A stretch of 64,000 nt of DNA from Bacteroidaceae bacterium (GTDB lineage: Bacteria > Bacteroidota > Bacteroidia > Bacteroidales > Bacteroidaceae), in the NCBI GenBank assembly GCA_024401215.1, contig JAKSLL010000003.1:4389-68388 (forward strand). The letters are read 5' to 3'. This document shows positions 1 to 9,835 of this stretch, piece after piece. A program made the translations under genes and the position numbers. Positions within the stretch are counted from its first letter, which is position 1; every line of letters begins with the position of its first letter. The notes under the pieces are model-generated. The model was not told the origin of the DNA, made no database searches, and saw only the letters and a program-made list of their open reading frames with translations.

Positions 1-602
1 TTTATGGTGATGCTCTTCACGTTATACCTCTCCACCTCAATAGCCTTGTCGATGATAGTCTCAGCAGCGGCTGTGTCTTTCATCTGCAGCTTTATCTGTG
101 CTTTGATGTTATATCCGTCAGCATACTTGCTCCATTTCTTTATGATGATGTCAACAATGCTGTCGGCTCTCTGCAGACTGTCGAGTTCGATGTTGCAGTA
201 AACCAGATTGTTCCATATAGGCCTGCTCTCTGGCATCATGTCGGCGGCTTTGGTGTAGTCCTTTTCCGCACTGAGGAAGTCTTTCTGGTTGATATAGGCG
301 AGTCCGCGTAGTTCGTAGCTGTTTGGATAAAACGGGTTGCGGTTTATCGCCGCTGTGCAGTCAGACACTGTTCCGCTGAAGTCGTCGAGATAGAATTTCG
401 CCAGTCCTCTGTAGAAATATGGTTCATAGAGGTGTGGCTTGTAGTTGATGACGAGGTTGAAATAGCTTATAGACATCACGTAGTCCTCATAATACAATGA
501 GTTTCGCGCCACAGTCATCATTCTGTCTGTATTGATTTGTGCATTACTGACAGAGGCGATGAATGTTACGAAGATTGATAATATGAGGCGGCGTATAGAC
601 AT
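1..602 (-). CDS. TPR-repeat protein, N-terminal part (ORF open to the left window edge)
   Basis: Absent from the ORF track because there is no stop inside the window. The reverse-strand ATG at 600-602 reads MSIRRLILSIFVTFIASVSNAQ (signal peptide). TPR-like helical repeats follow (YFYRGLAKFYLDDFSGTVSDCTAAINRNP; SYELRGLAYINQKDFLSAEKDYTKAADMMP). The 4..201 + ORF is its antisense shadow. Confidence 0.6.
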   Translation of the reverse strand, partial: MSIRRLILSIFVTFIASVSNAQINTDRMMTVARNSLYYEDYVMSISYFNLVINYKPHLYEPYFYRGLAKFYLDDFSGTVSDCTAAINRNPFYPNSYELRGLAYINQKDFLSAEKDYTKAADMMPESRPIWNNLVYCNIELDSLQRADSIVDIIIKKWSKYADGYNIKAQIKLQMKDTAAAETIIDKAIEVERYNVKSITI

Positions 603-609
603 CACCTAC

Positions 610-1167
610 TTATCTATTTGGTTTGCACTTGTAAGAAGCAGAGAATTTGCCCTTTGTCATTGCCACAAGCTTTGACTTGATAATCTGCTTGCGGAATGGT
701 GACAGATGGTCGATGAACATTTTGCCGTCGAGGTGGTCATATTCGTGCTGGAACACGCGCGCTTCAAAATCCTCAAGCCAGAGCTCATGCTCTTCGAAGT
801 TCTCGTCAAGATAATTGACAAGCACCTTTGATGGACGCTTGACATTCTCGTTGATGCCAGGGATTGACAGGCAGCCTTCGCTCATTGAGCATGTCTCCTC
901 GCTCACCTCAACAATCTCTGGGTTGATGAAAGTCTTGAAGTAGCCTTTGTACTTTGGCTCATCGTCAGAGAGGACATCGAGGTCAACGATGAAAAGGCGG
1001 ATAGGCAGACCAATCTGTGGTGCTGCAAGTCCTACGCCTTCTGAACGTCTGAGTGTTTCAAACATGTTTTTTATAAGTTCCTGAAGATTTGGATAGTTCT
1101 CAGGATCTATGTCCTCGGCAACCTTTCTCAATACTGGCTGACCGAAAATGTACATTGGAAGTATCAT
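610..1167 (-). CDS. def: peptide deformylase
   Basis: All three deformylase motifs are present: GVGLAAPQIG, EGCLSIPG, HEYDHLDG. 185 aa. Confidence 0.95.
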   Translation of the reverse strand: MILPMYIFGQPVLRKVAEDIDPENYPNLQELIKNMFETLRRSEGVGLAAPQIGLPIRLFIVDLDVLSDDEPKYKGYFKTFINPEIVEVSEETCSMSEGCLSIPGINENVKRPSKVLVNYLDENFEEHELWLEDFEARVFQHEYDHLDGKMFIDHLSPFRKQIIKSKLVAMTKGKFSASYKCKPNR

Positions 1168-1286
1168 ATTTTGTAATGTTGTTTATTCTTTATTTTTTTG
1201 ATAAATCTCTAAATTGGCTGCGCCGGGCTCTATGTTTTTGATAAATAAAATAAATCTTATTACCTGCTTAATACTGAACGTGCAGG

Positions 1287-1700
1287 TTATATCCTGCTTT
1301 GCATGTAGTCTTCAAGAATAATTGTTGCGCTTATCTTGTCAACAAGTCCTTTGTTCTGTCTCGCTTTTTTACCTATGCCGCTTTGCAGCATTGCCTGGTG
1401 AGCAAGTACTGACGTGAATCTTTCGTCATAGTACACGATCTCTTTTGTTGGAAAGAGTTTCTTCAGTCGGTTGAAGAAGGGCTCTATTCTTTTCATGTTC
1501 TCGCTGTTCTCTCCGTTCATCTGTGTCGGTTTGCCGACGACGATTGTAGAGACATCCTCTTTGCTGACATAATCTGTGATGAATGTTTCCAGATCTTTAG
1601 TATCTACAGTTGTCAAGCCGTTGGCTATCATCTGCAGAGTGTCGGTGACGGCGATTCCTGTTCGCTTCAGTCCGTAGTCTATTGCAAGAATTCTTGACAT
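1287..1700 (-). CDS. ruvX: Holliday-junction resolvase-like nuclease RuvX/YqgF
   Basis: The N-terminus MSRILAIDYGLKRTGIAVTD is typical of the YqgF family. I moved the start to the internal ATG (cat at 1698-1700), directly after the stop of the upstream 948-aa gene (tta at 1702-1704). The longer track ORF to 1775 would overlap that gene. Confidence 0.85.
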   Translation of the reverse strand: MSRILAIDYGLKRTGIAVTDTLQMIANGLTTVDTKDLETFITDYVSKEDVSTIVVGKPTQMNGENSENMKRIEPFFNRLKKLFPTKEIVYYDERFTSVLAHQAMLQSGIGKKARQNKGLVDKISATIILEDYMQSRI

Positions 1701-1701
1701 A

Positions 1702-4548
1702 TTAATACCACTTGATAGAACTTGAATAACTTGATTTCTTGTCGTATTTAAGAGCGTCTGTGAGAGTTGACGCATTGGCGCGGAGTGATATGTGGTAGCT
1801 GGTGTAATTGCCGAATACCAGTCCGCATGAGATGTTGAAGCAATGCATGTCGCGAGATATGTTCACCATTGTCATGCTGATAGCGTGATTAGTGAAATCC
1901 CATCCTGATGAGAAGTTCGTGTTCCAGTTGGAAGCGAGCTTGATGTTACCCGAGAAGTTGAGGTTCTGCGTGAAGGCATAAGGGTATCTCATTGTCTTGA
2001 CATTTATCTTCGCCCTTCTGTCTTCTGCCATTGTTATACCGTAGGAGATGGAGAATGACCAAGGCATTTGCAGTCTCATATATCCGTCCTTGTCGATATC
2101 TTCCTTCGGGTTCTCGCCTTTCTGCTTTGTCGTATGCGCCTTGTCCTCGTTTGTTTCAAGGTCATCTTCAAATTCTTCTTCTTCGCTGGCGTTTGCTGCA
2201 GTTTCCTCCTCGTCGGTTTGTCCTCTGCCGAAGATTTTGGCTATGCTTTTGCCTATCTTCTTCAAACTTTGGTTGTTGAATGTGTATGAGAGGTTTTTAG
2301 ACATTCCCTGGAAGCGTCCGAAGCGTCCGTATGACCACTCCGTCCTGTTGCCGACAATGACATTTCCGTTCTTGTCAAACTCGTAAGCGTAGGTGTTGAA
2401 CACGGCATTCATGTTGAATGTGGTCTTGCCCCATTTAAGACGGATTCTTGTTGAGAGGTTTGACCAAGGCTGGTACTTTGAAGCCAGATTGTAGGATATT
2501 GAAGCGCCAAGTTCGTCGATGATGCTCACCTTCTTCAGACTGTCTGTCTTGGCAGAGTAAACTTTCGCCTCTACATTGTTGGAGATGTCAAGACTCACAG
2601 CGCCTGTCTTTCCTTTCGATGGCACTCCGTAGAGCGAACTTGCATAAGGTGAGTAGTCCACTGCGGTCACATTTCCTTCCTCGTCGGTTTTCATATAAGT
2701 TTTCCAGTAGCCCCACTTGCCATCGCCAAAGTCTGGCGCAAAGCTGTAGCTTACAGATGGTGTCAGCACGTGTCTGACAACACTCAGCTTCTTACCGAAC
2801 ACTTTTGGATTAGGCACATACATACCATAGAGTTTGGTGTTTGCGGAGAGGGAGAGGTTGTAGTCGAACACACGGTTGAATCCGTATATGGTGTCGCGCA
2901 CTACTTTCTGGCTCGCTTCATCCCATGATTGTGTCACTTTGTTTGTGTACCATCTTTCTGTGTAGTTGAGAGAAGGAGTGACATTGATGTATTTTAAGAT
3001 GTTGAATGATGCCGACACCGGTATGCTGTGCTTCATTCCGTTGCGCCAGTCCTTGATGATGTTTGACTTCATCAGCTGGTCTTCCTTGGTGGTGATAGAG
3101 TTGGAGAGTGTACCGGTATAGTTCATTGCAATCTTCTCATACCATCTTTCCTTGCCGGCAGCCTTCTTTCGCTTGAAAGGGTAGAAGCGCTGCAGCGATA
3201 ATGACAGCGACGGCATGGTGAGGGCGAGTGTGGAGTCGCGCATGTTCTGTGATATGTTGAACGAGCTTGACAACGACAGTCCTATCTTCTGGAAGTTGTG
3301 TGAATAGCTCACAGAAGATGTTCTTGTGCTTTGCGAGTAAGATGTTGGATTGTAGAGCGATGTGAGGTTGTTTCGCTCGTATGATTGAGTGGCGAAGTTC
3401 ACGCTGGCAGAGAAAGAGCTGTTTGGTGAAGCTTTGCTGTCTGTTCTATGGCTCCACTGCACTTTGAAGTTCTTTGTTTCTGAATAGTCAGGCATGTTCT
3501 TCTCGCCAGCCTTTGTCACCTGGTAGTTGAAATAGAAGTTGCCGTTATATTTGTATCTTTTCTTGTAAGTGGTCTGTGCGCCTACGCCCCATGAGCCTTT
3601 TGTGAAGATTTCTCCCGTGAGCTTGAGGTCCATGTTGTCGTTGATGGCGAAGTAGTAGCCGCCGTCTCGCAGATAGAAGCCTCGTGTTGACTCGTCGCCA
3701 TAGGTTGGCATGATGAAGCCGCTGGAGTATGTGCTTGTGAAAGGGAAGAATCCAAATGGGATGGCAAATGGGATAGGCACGTCCTCAACAACGAGCCATG
3801 CAGGTCCGAAGAAGACGCTTTTCCCTGTGTGAACCTTGGCTCTCGACAGAGCGATGTAGAAGTGCGGATGCTCCTCGTCGCATGTTGTGTATCTTCCATG
3901 GCGCATGAACATCTCGTCGCCCAAGCCCTTCTTTGACTCCTCGGCTCTGATGAATCCCTCCTGCTGGGCTGTATAGACGTTGTGTATGAATCCCTTCTTT
4001 GTGTCGAAGTTGTATGACATCTTCTCCATCTGGTATTCGTCGCCTCCATCCTTGAAGACTGGTGTGCCGAACTTTGCCCCGAGGGAGTCAACTCCGTATG
4101 TGGCATGAACAACAGAGCTGTCCATGTTCATCGTGATATTCTCAGATGTGAGGTCTATCTTCAGGTATTTCACGTTGGCGTCTCCGTACAGGTAGGCATT
4201 GTTTGTACCCATATAATACACCATTGAGTCTTTCGCTTCATAATGCACAGGTCCCTCAAGCGCACTTTTCTTCTTCGTCTTTTTGAGCGAGTCCTGTACT
4301 GCGGCTATTGAGTCGTTCCATTGCAGAGTCTCTTTCTTGTTGTCCAGACCATGCTCTCTGTCGAATATGGCTTTTAGTGAGTCTATGGATATGTTTGTTG
4401 AATCTGCTGTCTTGTTGTCTGTGCTGTCATTAAGGAATGGGTAAGGGTGGTGCATATATGGCACAGCAGCCATACTGCCATTAAAAGCAATTATGGATAG
4501 TACTGAAAGCAGTACAAAAAATGATGCTATATACCTTTGATTACTCAT
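1702..4548 (-). CDS. lptD: LptD/OstA-like outer-membrane LPS-assembly protein (Bacteroidetes type)
   Basis: 948 aa with a hydrophobic N-terminal signal and an OstA-like N-terminal region (VHYEAKDSMVYYMGTNNAYLYGDANVKYLKIDLTSENI). The long beta-rich body has alternating aromatics and ends ...SSIKWY. Family assignment is by recall of Bacteroidetes LptD homologues. Confidence 0.7.
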   Translation of the reverse strand: MSNQRYIASFFVLLSVLSIIAFNGSMAAVPYMHHPYPFLNDSTDNKTADSTNISIDSLKAIFDREHGLDNKKETLQWNDSIAAVQDSLKKTKKKSALEGPVHYEAKDSMVYYMGTNNAYLYGDANVKYLKIDLTSENITMNMDSSVVHATYGVDSLGAKFGTPVFKDGGDEYQMEKMSYNFDTKKGFIHNVYTAQQEGFIRAEESKKGLGDEMFMRHGRYTTCDEEHPHFYIALSRAKVHTGKSVFFGPAWLVVEDVPIPFAIPFGFFPFTSTYSSGFIMPTYGDESTRGFYLRDGGYYFAINDNMDLKLTGEIFTKGSWGVGAQTTYKKRYKYNGNFYFNYQVTKAGEKNMPDYSETKNFKVQWSHRTDSKASPNSSFSASVNFATQSYERNNLTSLYNPTSYSQSTRTSSVSYSHNFQKIGLSLSSSFNISQNMRDSTLALTMPSLSLSLQRFYPFKRKKAAGKERWYEKIAMNYTGTLSNSITTKEDQLMKSNIIKDWRNGMKHSIPVSASFNILKYINVTPSLNYTERWYTNKVTQSWDEASQKVVRDTIYGFNRVFDYNLSLSANTKLYGMYVPNPKVFGKKLSVVRHVLTPSVSYSFAPDFGDGKWGYWKTYMKTDEEGNVTAVDYSPYASSLYGVPSKGKTGAVSLDISNNVEAKVYSAKTDSLKKVSIIDELGASISYNLASKYQPWSNLSTRIRLKWGKTTFNMNAVFNTYAYEFDKNGNVIVGNRTEWSYGRFGRFQGMSKNLSYTFNNQSLKKIGKSIAKIFGRGQTDEEETAANASEEEEFEDDLETNEDKAHTTKQKGENPKEDIDKDGYMRLQMPWSFSISYGITMAEDRRAKINVKTMRYPYAFTQNLNFSGNIKLASNWNTNFSSGWDFTNHAISMTMVNISRDMHCFNISCGLVFGNYTSYHISLRANASTLTDALKYDKKSSYSSSIKWY

Positions 4549-4669
4549 AAAACGGGTGCAAAGGTACGCATTTTTCGGGAAATAATAGTGTTTTTAATTT
4601 ATAATTAACTCTAAAAAATGCAGAATAATCTTAATTAGTTCTGTTTATGATTGAACAGAGCGGCAAAAA

Positions 4670-4825
4670 GGGCTAACTTGTATTATTCACGGAGTTAACG
4701 TGAGTTATCAGGAGTTATCGCTATCGCTCAGGATGTTAACGGACAAATGTCTTGTTGTTGGCATGAACCAAGTTTAGCAAAAGTATCATCACTAAACTCC
4801 TGTTAACTCCTATGAATAATATAGA
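4670..4825 (-). repeat. GGAGTTAAAG-family intergenic repeat, copy A
   Basis: ggagttaacgtgagttatcaggagttatcgctatcgctcaggatgttaacggacaaatgtcttgttg... aligns by eye with copies B and E (same orientation). It is the reverse complement of copies C, D and F. Confidence 0.8.
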
Positions 4826-4869
4826 CTAAAGAAGGGGCTTAGCTTGCATGGGTTAAGGCTGTAGGATGG

Positions 4870-5406
4870 CTATTCAAACATCTCTACCCACTTCATGAAT
4901 TTTGCCACACCCTCTTCGCCGAATTTCTTCAGTGATTTCACAGCACCCTCCACACTTTTCTCCTTGTCTAACTTTGTCTTTGAGAAAAACTTGTCAGCAT
5001 AGCATACTATTATCTCTTCGATGCTTTCAGGCACCAAATCCTTGTGGGGGACAGGCAGTTCTTGCTCTTCTATCTGCTTGAGAGTGAGCCCTGTGCCTGT
5101 ATGTCTCTCGCATACTCTGGCATGAAGTGGGAATCCCTCTTCTCTTAAGATTTCTGCTCCTATTGTACCATGGCAGATGTATGGTGATGTGCCGAAACAT
5201 TGTATGCCGTCTGCGTCGCATCTGAAGATGCCAAGGTCATGCAGCATTGCCGCTTCCTCCACAAACTGTCTGTCAGCATTCAGTTCGGGGTGTCTGTCGC
5301 AAATGCTCAGAGCCTTGTCGGCAACTGCTCGGGAGTGTACCAGCAGAATGTTTTTCAGTTCGTTATCTTCTGTGTAATACTTGTCTATTATAGCTTTGTA
5401 GTCCAT
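4870..5406 (-). CDS. HD-domain metal-dependent phosphohydrolase
   Basis: 178 aa with an H..HD signature (LLVHSRAV ... AAMLHDLGIF) and a downstream HTG. Typical small HD/HDIG protein. Confidence 0.75.
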   Translation of the reverse strand: MDYKAIIDKYYTEDNELKNILLVHSRAVADKALSICDRHPELNADRQFVEEAAMLHDLGIFRCDADGIQCFGTSPYICHGTIGAEILREEGFPLHARVCERHTGTGLTLKQIEEQELPVPHKDLVPESIEEIIVCYADKFFSKTKLDKEKSVEGAVKSLKKFGEEGVAKFMKWVEMFE

Positions 5407-5457
5407 GTGTTTTTTTGTTTTTTTTTTCGTCTATTTGTCTTTCTGGAATATCTGATA

Positions 5458-5598
5458 AATTCAACTTTAGCTTTACAACTGCTCGTTTTTTGGGGGATAG
5501 TGGAGTTAACGAAGAGTTATCGCTTCGCTCGAAGCAAAAGTGACTACACCATGTACAGACATTCGTCCCTTTAACTCCCCTTTAACTCCACAACGAGT
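5458..5598 (-). repeat. GGAGTTAAAG-family intergenic repeat, copy B
   Basis: ...gctcgttttttgggggatagtggagttaacgaagagttatcgcttcgctcgaag...gacattcgtccctttaactcccctttaactccacaacgag. Same family and orientation as copies A and E. Confidence 0.8.
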
Positions 5599-6306
5599 TT
5601 AAAGGTAGAAATCCTCAGTAAGTCTGACATATTCCGTTGAGAGATTATTGTTTGAATCCCTCATGCAGAGTTCTGCTTTTTCTGTTTCGTGCATCCGCTT
5701 GCCAAACTCCAGCATGGTTCGTTTTGCAACCTTCCTTGGCGTGGTTTTTATGTCGAGACGCCTATGAAGGTACAGGTTGTTGAAGGCGCATTCAGCAACA
5801 AAATTATTGGCTGCCGCTGTAGGTATTATGACAGCAAAAACACCCTCGTCATCAAGCATTTTTGTGGCATTTGCTATTAGCGTTTGGAAGGGCAGTGAGC
5901 AGGTGTGTCGCGCGCTGTCTCTTCTTGCGTCTCCTCCGAGAGTCTCCTCTTTGTAAAATGGTGGATTACTGATAATTAGGCTGTATTTCACATCTAGATA
6001 TGTGACTTTCGAGAAATCTGATTCTTCGATGGTTATCCGATTGCCAAAAGGACTTCTTTCTGCATTCTCTCTTGCCTGTTCCACGGAGTCGCTGTCGATG
6101 TCAATGCCACGCACCGTAGCATGCTCAAATCTTTGTGCAAGCATGATGGCTATCAAGCCTGAGCCTGTGCCCACATCGAGAATCCTTGTTGGGGCTTTGT
6201 CGCTTGCCGCCCATGCACCAAGAAGCACGCCGTCTGTGCCGACTTTCATTGCGCATCTGTCATGGCAGATGGTGAACTGCTTGAACTGAAAATAACTGTT
6301 TGCCAT
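5599..6306 (-). CDS. trmN6: tRNA (adenine37-N6)-methyltransferase, YfiC/TrmN6-like
   Basis: SAM-binding motif ILDVGTGSGLIAIMLAQR and N6-adenine MTase motif NPPFY. N-terminus MANSYFQFKQFTICHDRCAMKVGTDGVLLGAW. Start placed at the ATG at 6306; the track ORF extends to 6369. Confidence 0.75.
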   Translation of the reverse strand: MANSYFQFKQFTICHDRCAMKVGTDGVLLGAWAASDKAPTRILDVGTGSGLIAIMLAQRFEHATVRGIDIDSDSVEQARENAERSPFGNRITIEESDFSKVTYLDVKYSLIISNPPFYKEETLGGDARRDSARHTCSLPFQTLIANATKMLDDEGVFAVIIPTAAANNFVAECAFNNLYLHRRLDIKTTPRKVAKRTMLEFGKRMHETEKAELCMRDSNNNLSTEYVRLTEDFYL

Positions 6307-6464
6307 TTTGATCACCTGCTTATCTTTGAATTTCCAGGTGTCAAAGTTACTGCTTTTTTCGTTTTTCACGCTTTAGCAAGCGTTAAAAAGTTGTTTTTGG
6401 CCATAATATCAAGCTAATTGGCGTTTTTTCATGTTATTCTTTTGCTCCCCAAAATATAAAATAG

Positions 6465-6472
6465 TAACTTTG
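6465..6472 (+). promoter_or_regulatory. Bacteroidetes -7 promoter box TAACTTTG (with TTTG at 6441-6444)
   Basis: Matches the TAnnTTTG consensus, with an upstream TTTG 21 nt away. Lies upstream of the 6581 gene and inside the spurious N-terminal extension of the track ORF. Confidence 0.5.
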
Positions 6473-6580
6473 TACCCCGAATTCAGATTTGTCATTGAAC
6501 AAGGTGAATGTCAAAATACAGACAGTTTGGTAGTTTTAGAATTTACACAAAATCTAATTAATCTATATAACATTTATTTC

Positions 6581-8722
6581 ATGAGAAAAATTTACTCTTT
6601 TTTCGCAACTGCTGCAATGTTCGTTGCTTCATTGACAGCGAGTGCTTATGATTTCACTTTGCCAAGTGAAAATGCTGTTCTCCAGAACGAGACTTACCAC
6701 ATGCGTCTTTTCAAGACATGGGACTTCATTGGATTGACAGTCAACGGCAATGCTATCACACCAGAGACTTTCACAACAGGAGCTGCCGACAACACAGGCA
6801 TGCCAGTTTGTGATAGCTATACTCCAGTAAAGGTGACTAACGAAGGTATGGAAGGCTGGTATATGGGTATTGCTGACATTCAGTTCCATGCTACAAACGG
6901 TCTTTACAATGCTAAGAATGGTATTCGTTATGTGATTCTTTCTGGACTCAAGGAAGGTCAGATTCTCTGTATTCAGGATGGTGCAGGTTCTGAGTTCGTT
7001 CAGGAGGTTAATGATGTAAAGATTCACAATTATGTTGTAAACTGTAACCGCATCCAGAAGGCAAGTCTTGATGGTGAGGTGCCAGCTTGGACAGCTTCTA
7101 CTCTCTCTCACAACAACAGCTATGATGTTGTAGAGGAGATTACTGATGATGTTCACGCAATCCAGAACGAAGGTGTTGACCTCGAAGCTGAAGGTGCTGA
7201 GAGCCTTGCTGACAGCTACCGCTATTTCAAGGTCATTGCTGACGGCCCACTCTACATCGCTATGGGTAAGCTTGCTTCTATCCAGGGTGTTCAGATTTGG
7301 ATTGATGCAAATGCACAGGAGTCTGTTTCTGCTCCAGAATATAAGATTGTCGGTGTAAACGGAAATACTCGTAACATTGAACTTACTACAGGTGAGTCAA
7401 CATTCGGCAGCGCATGCCAGACTATGTACGGCATTCTTGATGCAGGCGGCACATACGAGGACTATGAGTATAACAAGTCTGACGGCTACTTCACTATCTC
7501 TGCAAGCGATGATGAGGATGGCGACGGCATCGTAACAATCCAGACTGCTACTGTTTCTGAGACAGGCGGTGTTTCTGAGATAAAGGAGTTCCAGATTGAT
7601 ATCAACCCAATCCAGCTCAACGCTCCAACACTTTCACTCTCTGGTCTTGACGGCACAAAGCGTATCTACTCTATCGGCTGGTCAAACAACACTCTCTGCG
7701 GTGAGTCTTTCTCTTTCCTTACTGAAGGTGATGACGCTTCTTATTATGATGACGCTCTCACAGTTGGCTCTACATTCTCTGTTGAGAAGAACGCTAAGGT
7801 CATTGTTAAGGCTGACGGATATGTTGACGCAGAAGTAAGCATCGATGTTGACTACCCAGGTGTTGTGTTCCAGAGCACAGCAACTGAAGGCTCTCACAAC
7901 TGGGATTTCAGCCATCCATCACAGGATGTTGTTGACCTCCTCACAGGCAACAAGGTTTCAGGCTGCTACATCGAAAATGCAGAGACTGGCGATAAGACTT
8001 ATTACACATTGGATGAATACAACGAAGGTGTTGCTAATGATGGCACAGACCTCTCAAGCGCAGTTAAGGTTGTTGAAGAGAGTGGATGGTCATGGGATGG
8101 CACAAGCACTCGTATGCGTGCATCTCTTCTCGTTGAGGCTACAACTACTACTGACGAAGAGGGTAACGAGACAACAACTTACGCTTACGCAGAAGATAAG
8201 GCTAACCTTCTTGGCGAAGGACTCACAGTCACTTGCGGACCAAGTTCTGCTGGTGTTGGACAGATCATGGATTACCTTGGCAACTTCAACCTCGGTCTCA
8301 CATTTATGTCTGCTCCTACATTCACTTTCGACCGTTCAATCCTCAAGGCTGGTCAGGTTGTGATCTTCACTATCGGTGCAGGCGGTGGCTCTAACTATCT
8401 TACTTACGCTGATGCAGACAACACAATTCCTGTAACTCAGGAGGTTGTATTTGTTTGTCCAACAGATCAGCTCCTCACAGCTACACTCCCTCGTCCATCT
8501 TCTAACTTCTGCCATGTCCTCAATATCGACATCTACACTCAGGACAACCTTCCTGTAGATGAGTACGATCCTAATGCAGAGGAGACAGCAATCAAGTCAG
8601 TAGAGGCAGCTGGCGCAGCATCTTACTTCTCAGTATCTGGTGCTAAGCTTTCTGCTCCTCAGAAGGGCATCAACATTGTTAAGTATAGCAATGGCACAAC
8701 TAAGAAGGTGCTTGTTAAGTAA
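6581..8722 (+). CDS. secreted protein with T9SS C-terminal sorting domain
   Basis: Start set at MRKIYSFFATAAMFVASLTASA (signal peptide). The C-terminal end (...AIKSVEAAGAASYFSVSGAKLSAPQKGINIVKYSNGTTKKVLVK) has the pattern of Por/T9SS sorting tails. The body is Thr/Asp/Gly-rich and beta-like with no recognised catalytic motif. Confidence 0.65.
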   Translation: MRKIYSFFATAAMFVASLTASAYDFTLPSENAVLQNETYHMRLFKTWDFIGLTVNGNAITPETFTTGAADNTGMPVCDSYTPVKVTNEGMEGWYMGIADIQFHATNGLYNAKNGIRYVILSGLKEGQILCIQDGAGSEFVQEVNDVKIHNYVVNCNRIQKASLDGEVPAWTASTLSHNNSYDVVEEITDDVHAIQNEGVDLEAEGAESLADSYRYFKVIADGPLYIAMGKLASIQGVQIWIDANAQESVSAPEYKIVGVNGNTRNIELTTGESTFGSACQTMYGILDAGGTYEDYEYNKSDGYFTISASDDEDGDGIVTIQTATVSETGGVSEIKEFQIDINPIQLNAPTLSLSGLDGTKRIYSIGWSNNTLCGESFSFLTEGDDASYYDDALTVGSTFSVEKNAKVIVKADGYVDAEVSIDVDYPGVVFQSTATEGSHNWDFSHPSQDVVDLLTGNKVSGCYIENAETGDKTYYTLDEYNEGVANDGTDLSSAVKVVEESGWSWDGTSTRMRASLLVEATTTTDEEGNETTTYAYAEDKANLLGEGLTVTCGPSSAGVGQIMDYLGNFNLGLTFMSAPTFTFDRSILKAGQVVIFTIGAGGGSNYLTYADADNTIPVTQEVVFVCPTDQLLTATLPRPSSNFCHVLNIDIYTQDNLPVDEYDPNAEETAIKSVEAAGAASYFSVSGAKLSAPQKGINIVKYSNGTTKKVLVK

Positions 8723-8745
8723 TAAAAATCATCACATAACATTGA

Positions 8746-8776
8746 GAGGCGTGTCTTATGGCACGCCTCTTTTTTT
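8746..8776 (+). terminator. Rho-independent terminator
   Basis: gaggcgtg-tcttatgg-cacgcctc hairpin followed by tttttttg. Confidence 0.8.
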
Positions 8777-8814
8777 GTTATTCCATAATTTTTTCCTCAT
8801 CCTTTATGCTCCAA

Positions 8815-8875
8815 AGCCAAAGGCTCTAATTTGGTGGATCCTTGTTTATTAATAATTATCTCTGAGTAGTTACAT
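8815..8875 (+). repeat. GGCTCTAATTTGGTGGA-family short repeat, copy 1
   Basis: agccaaaggctctaatttggtgga...ccttgttt...gagtagttacatt. Shares both ends with the copies at 12996 and 45041. Confidence 0.7.
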
Positions 8876-8952
8876 TCTACTCGTACTTTTTTCTGAATGT
8901 CGTTTTTTGATTTTTTTATATAAGTCAGGATTGTTCTTTGTGAAATAATTCG

Positions 8953-8960
8953 TAACTTTG
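8953..8960 (+). promoter_or_regulatory. -7 promoter box TAACTTTG
   Basis: TAnnTTTG match 24 nt upstream of the ATG at 8984. Confidence 0.45.
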
Positions 8961-8983
8961 CATGAAATTTTGATATTAGGATA

Positions 8984-9628
8984 ATGACGGTTTATCTTTA
9001 TGCAACAAATCTGCCCAGCAATGTGAAATTCGCTGGTCTTATTACTCACACTTTCATTACAATCGAGAATGATAAGTGTGAGACTGTTAAGTATGCCGCA
9101 TACGGTCCTCAGCATAATGTGCCTTTCTTCGGCATGAATATGCTCTCCAGAAAATACTTTGAGCAGGATAGGAATGTCTATATGGGTGAGGACACTAAAA
9201 ATCTCAAGGCTAAGATTAAGATTCCTGTGCCTGACGGCAAGACAGAGGAGGAGTTTATCCGTGACCTCATAACGGTCATCGATTCATACGATTCAGCTGA
9301 ATCATCCGACCTTATTCACTATAATTTCATACCGATGTGCTGTGATGAGGGCAACTGCAATTCCAGCACCTCTACGGTGCTTTATAAGGCTGGTGTGTCG
9401 TTAGAGACAATCAAGGAGATCAACAGGCATATCTCTGGATTCTCTACTGGCTTTGGATTCTCTCCAATGCCATGGGTGCTCACAGAGCGACGCACAGCTG
9501 TGGCTCAGCAGAGCAGAGGTTCAGCATATAAGATAAAAGAGATGAACCGCCGTGCTCTCCGTTCTTGTCCGAGCATTGTCCATCTGCTCCATTTCCGCAT
9601 CCCGGAGATAGAGAAGGTGTGCGTGTGA
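8984..9628 (+). CDS. hypothetical protein, possible permuted papain-fold (PPPDE/LRAT-like His..Cys) hydrolase
   Basis: 214 aa, no signal peptide. THTFITIENDKCETVKYAAYG (His on a strand) is followed about 100 aa later by YNFIPMCCDEGNCNSSTSTVLYKAGV (NC motif). This resembles the H...NC(N/E)HF order of PPPDE/LRAT families. Weak, recall-based. Confidence 0.35.
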   Translation: MTVYLYATNLPSNVKFAGLITHTFITIENDKCETVKYAAYGPQHNVPFFGMNMLSRKYFEQDRNVYMGEDTKNLKAKIKIPVPDGKTEEEFIRDLITVIDSYDSAESSDLIHYNFIPMCCDEGNCNSSTSTVLYKAGVSLETIKEINRHISGFSTGFGFSPMPWVLTERRTAVAQQSRGSAYKIKEMNRRALRSCPSIVHLLHFRIPEIEKVCV

Positions 9629-9835
9629 TTTTTCTTCGTCACATAATGTATGTACGATAATTTATTGGAAATAAAGTACTTGCATCATGATAAGCGCTGC
9701 CTTTTGAGGTGGTGCTTTTTTGTTGATAAGTATGTGGTCAAAATAATTTCATACTGTTAACAAAAACGAAATGCACCCCTTAGTCTTGATGCAAATGTCT
9801 CTTACGAGCCATTGATGCTGTCGCAGTGCGCATCC

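Noticed and set aside
6431-6580. N-terminal extensions of track ORFs (6431, 16578 TTG, 15153 TTG, 28677 GTG, 46517, 47337, 61525 TTG, 31426, 1775, 6369)
   Set aside because: In each case an internal ATG gives a canonical signal peptide or family-typical N-terminus. The extension also overlaps a promoter box, an intergenic repeat or the neighbouring gene.
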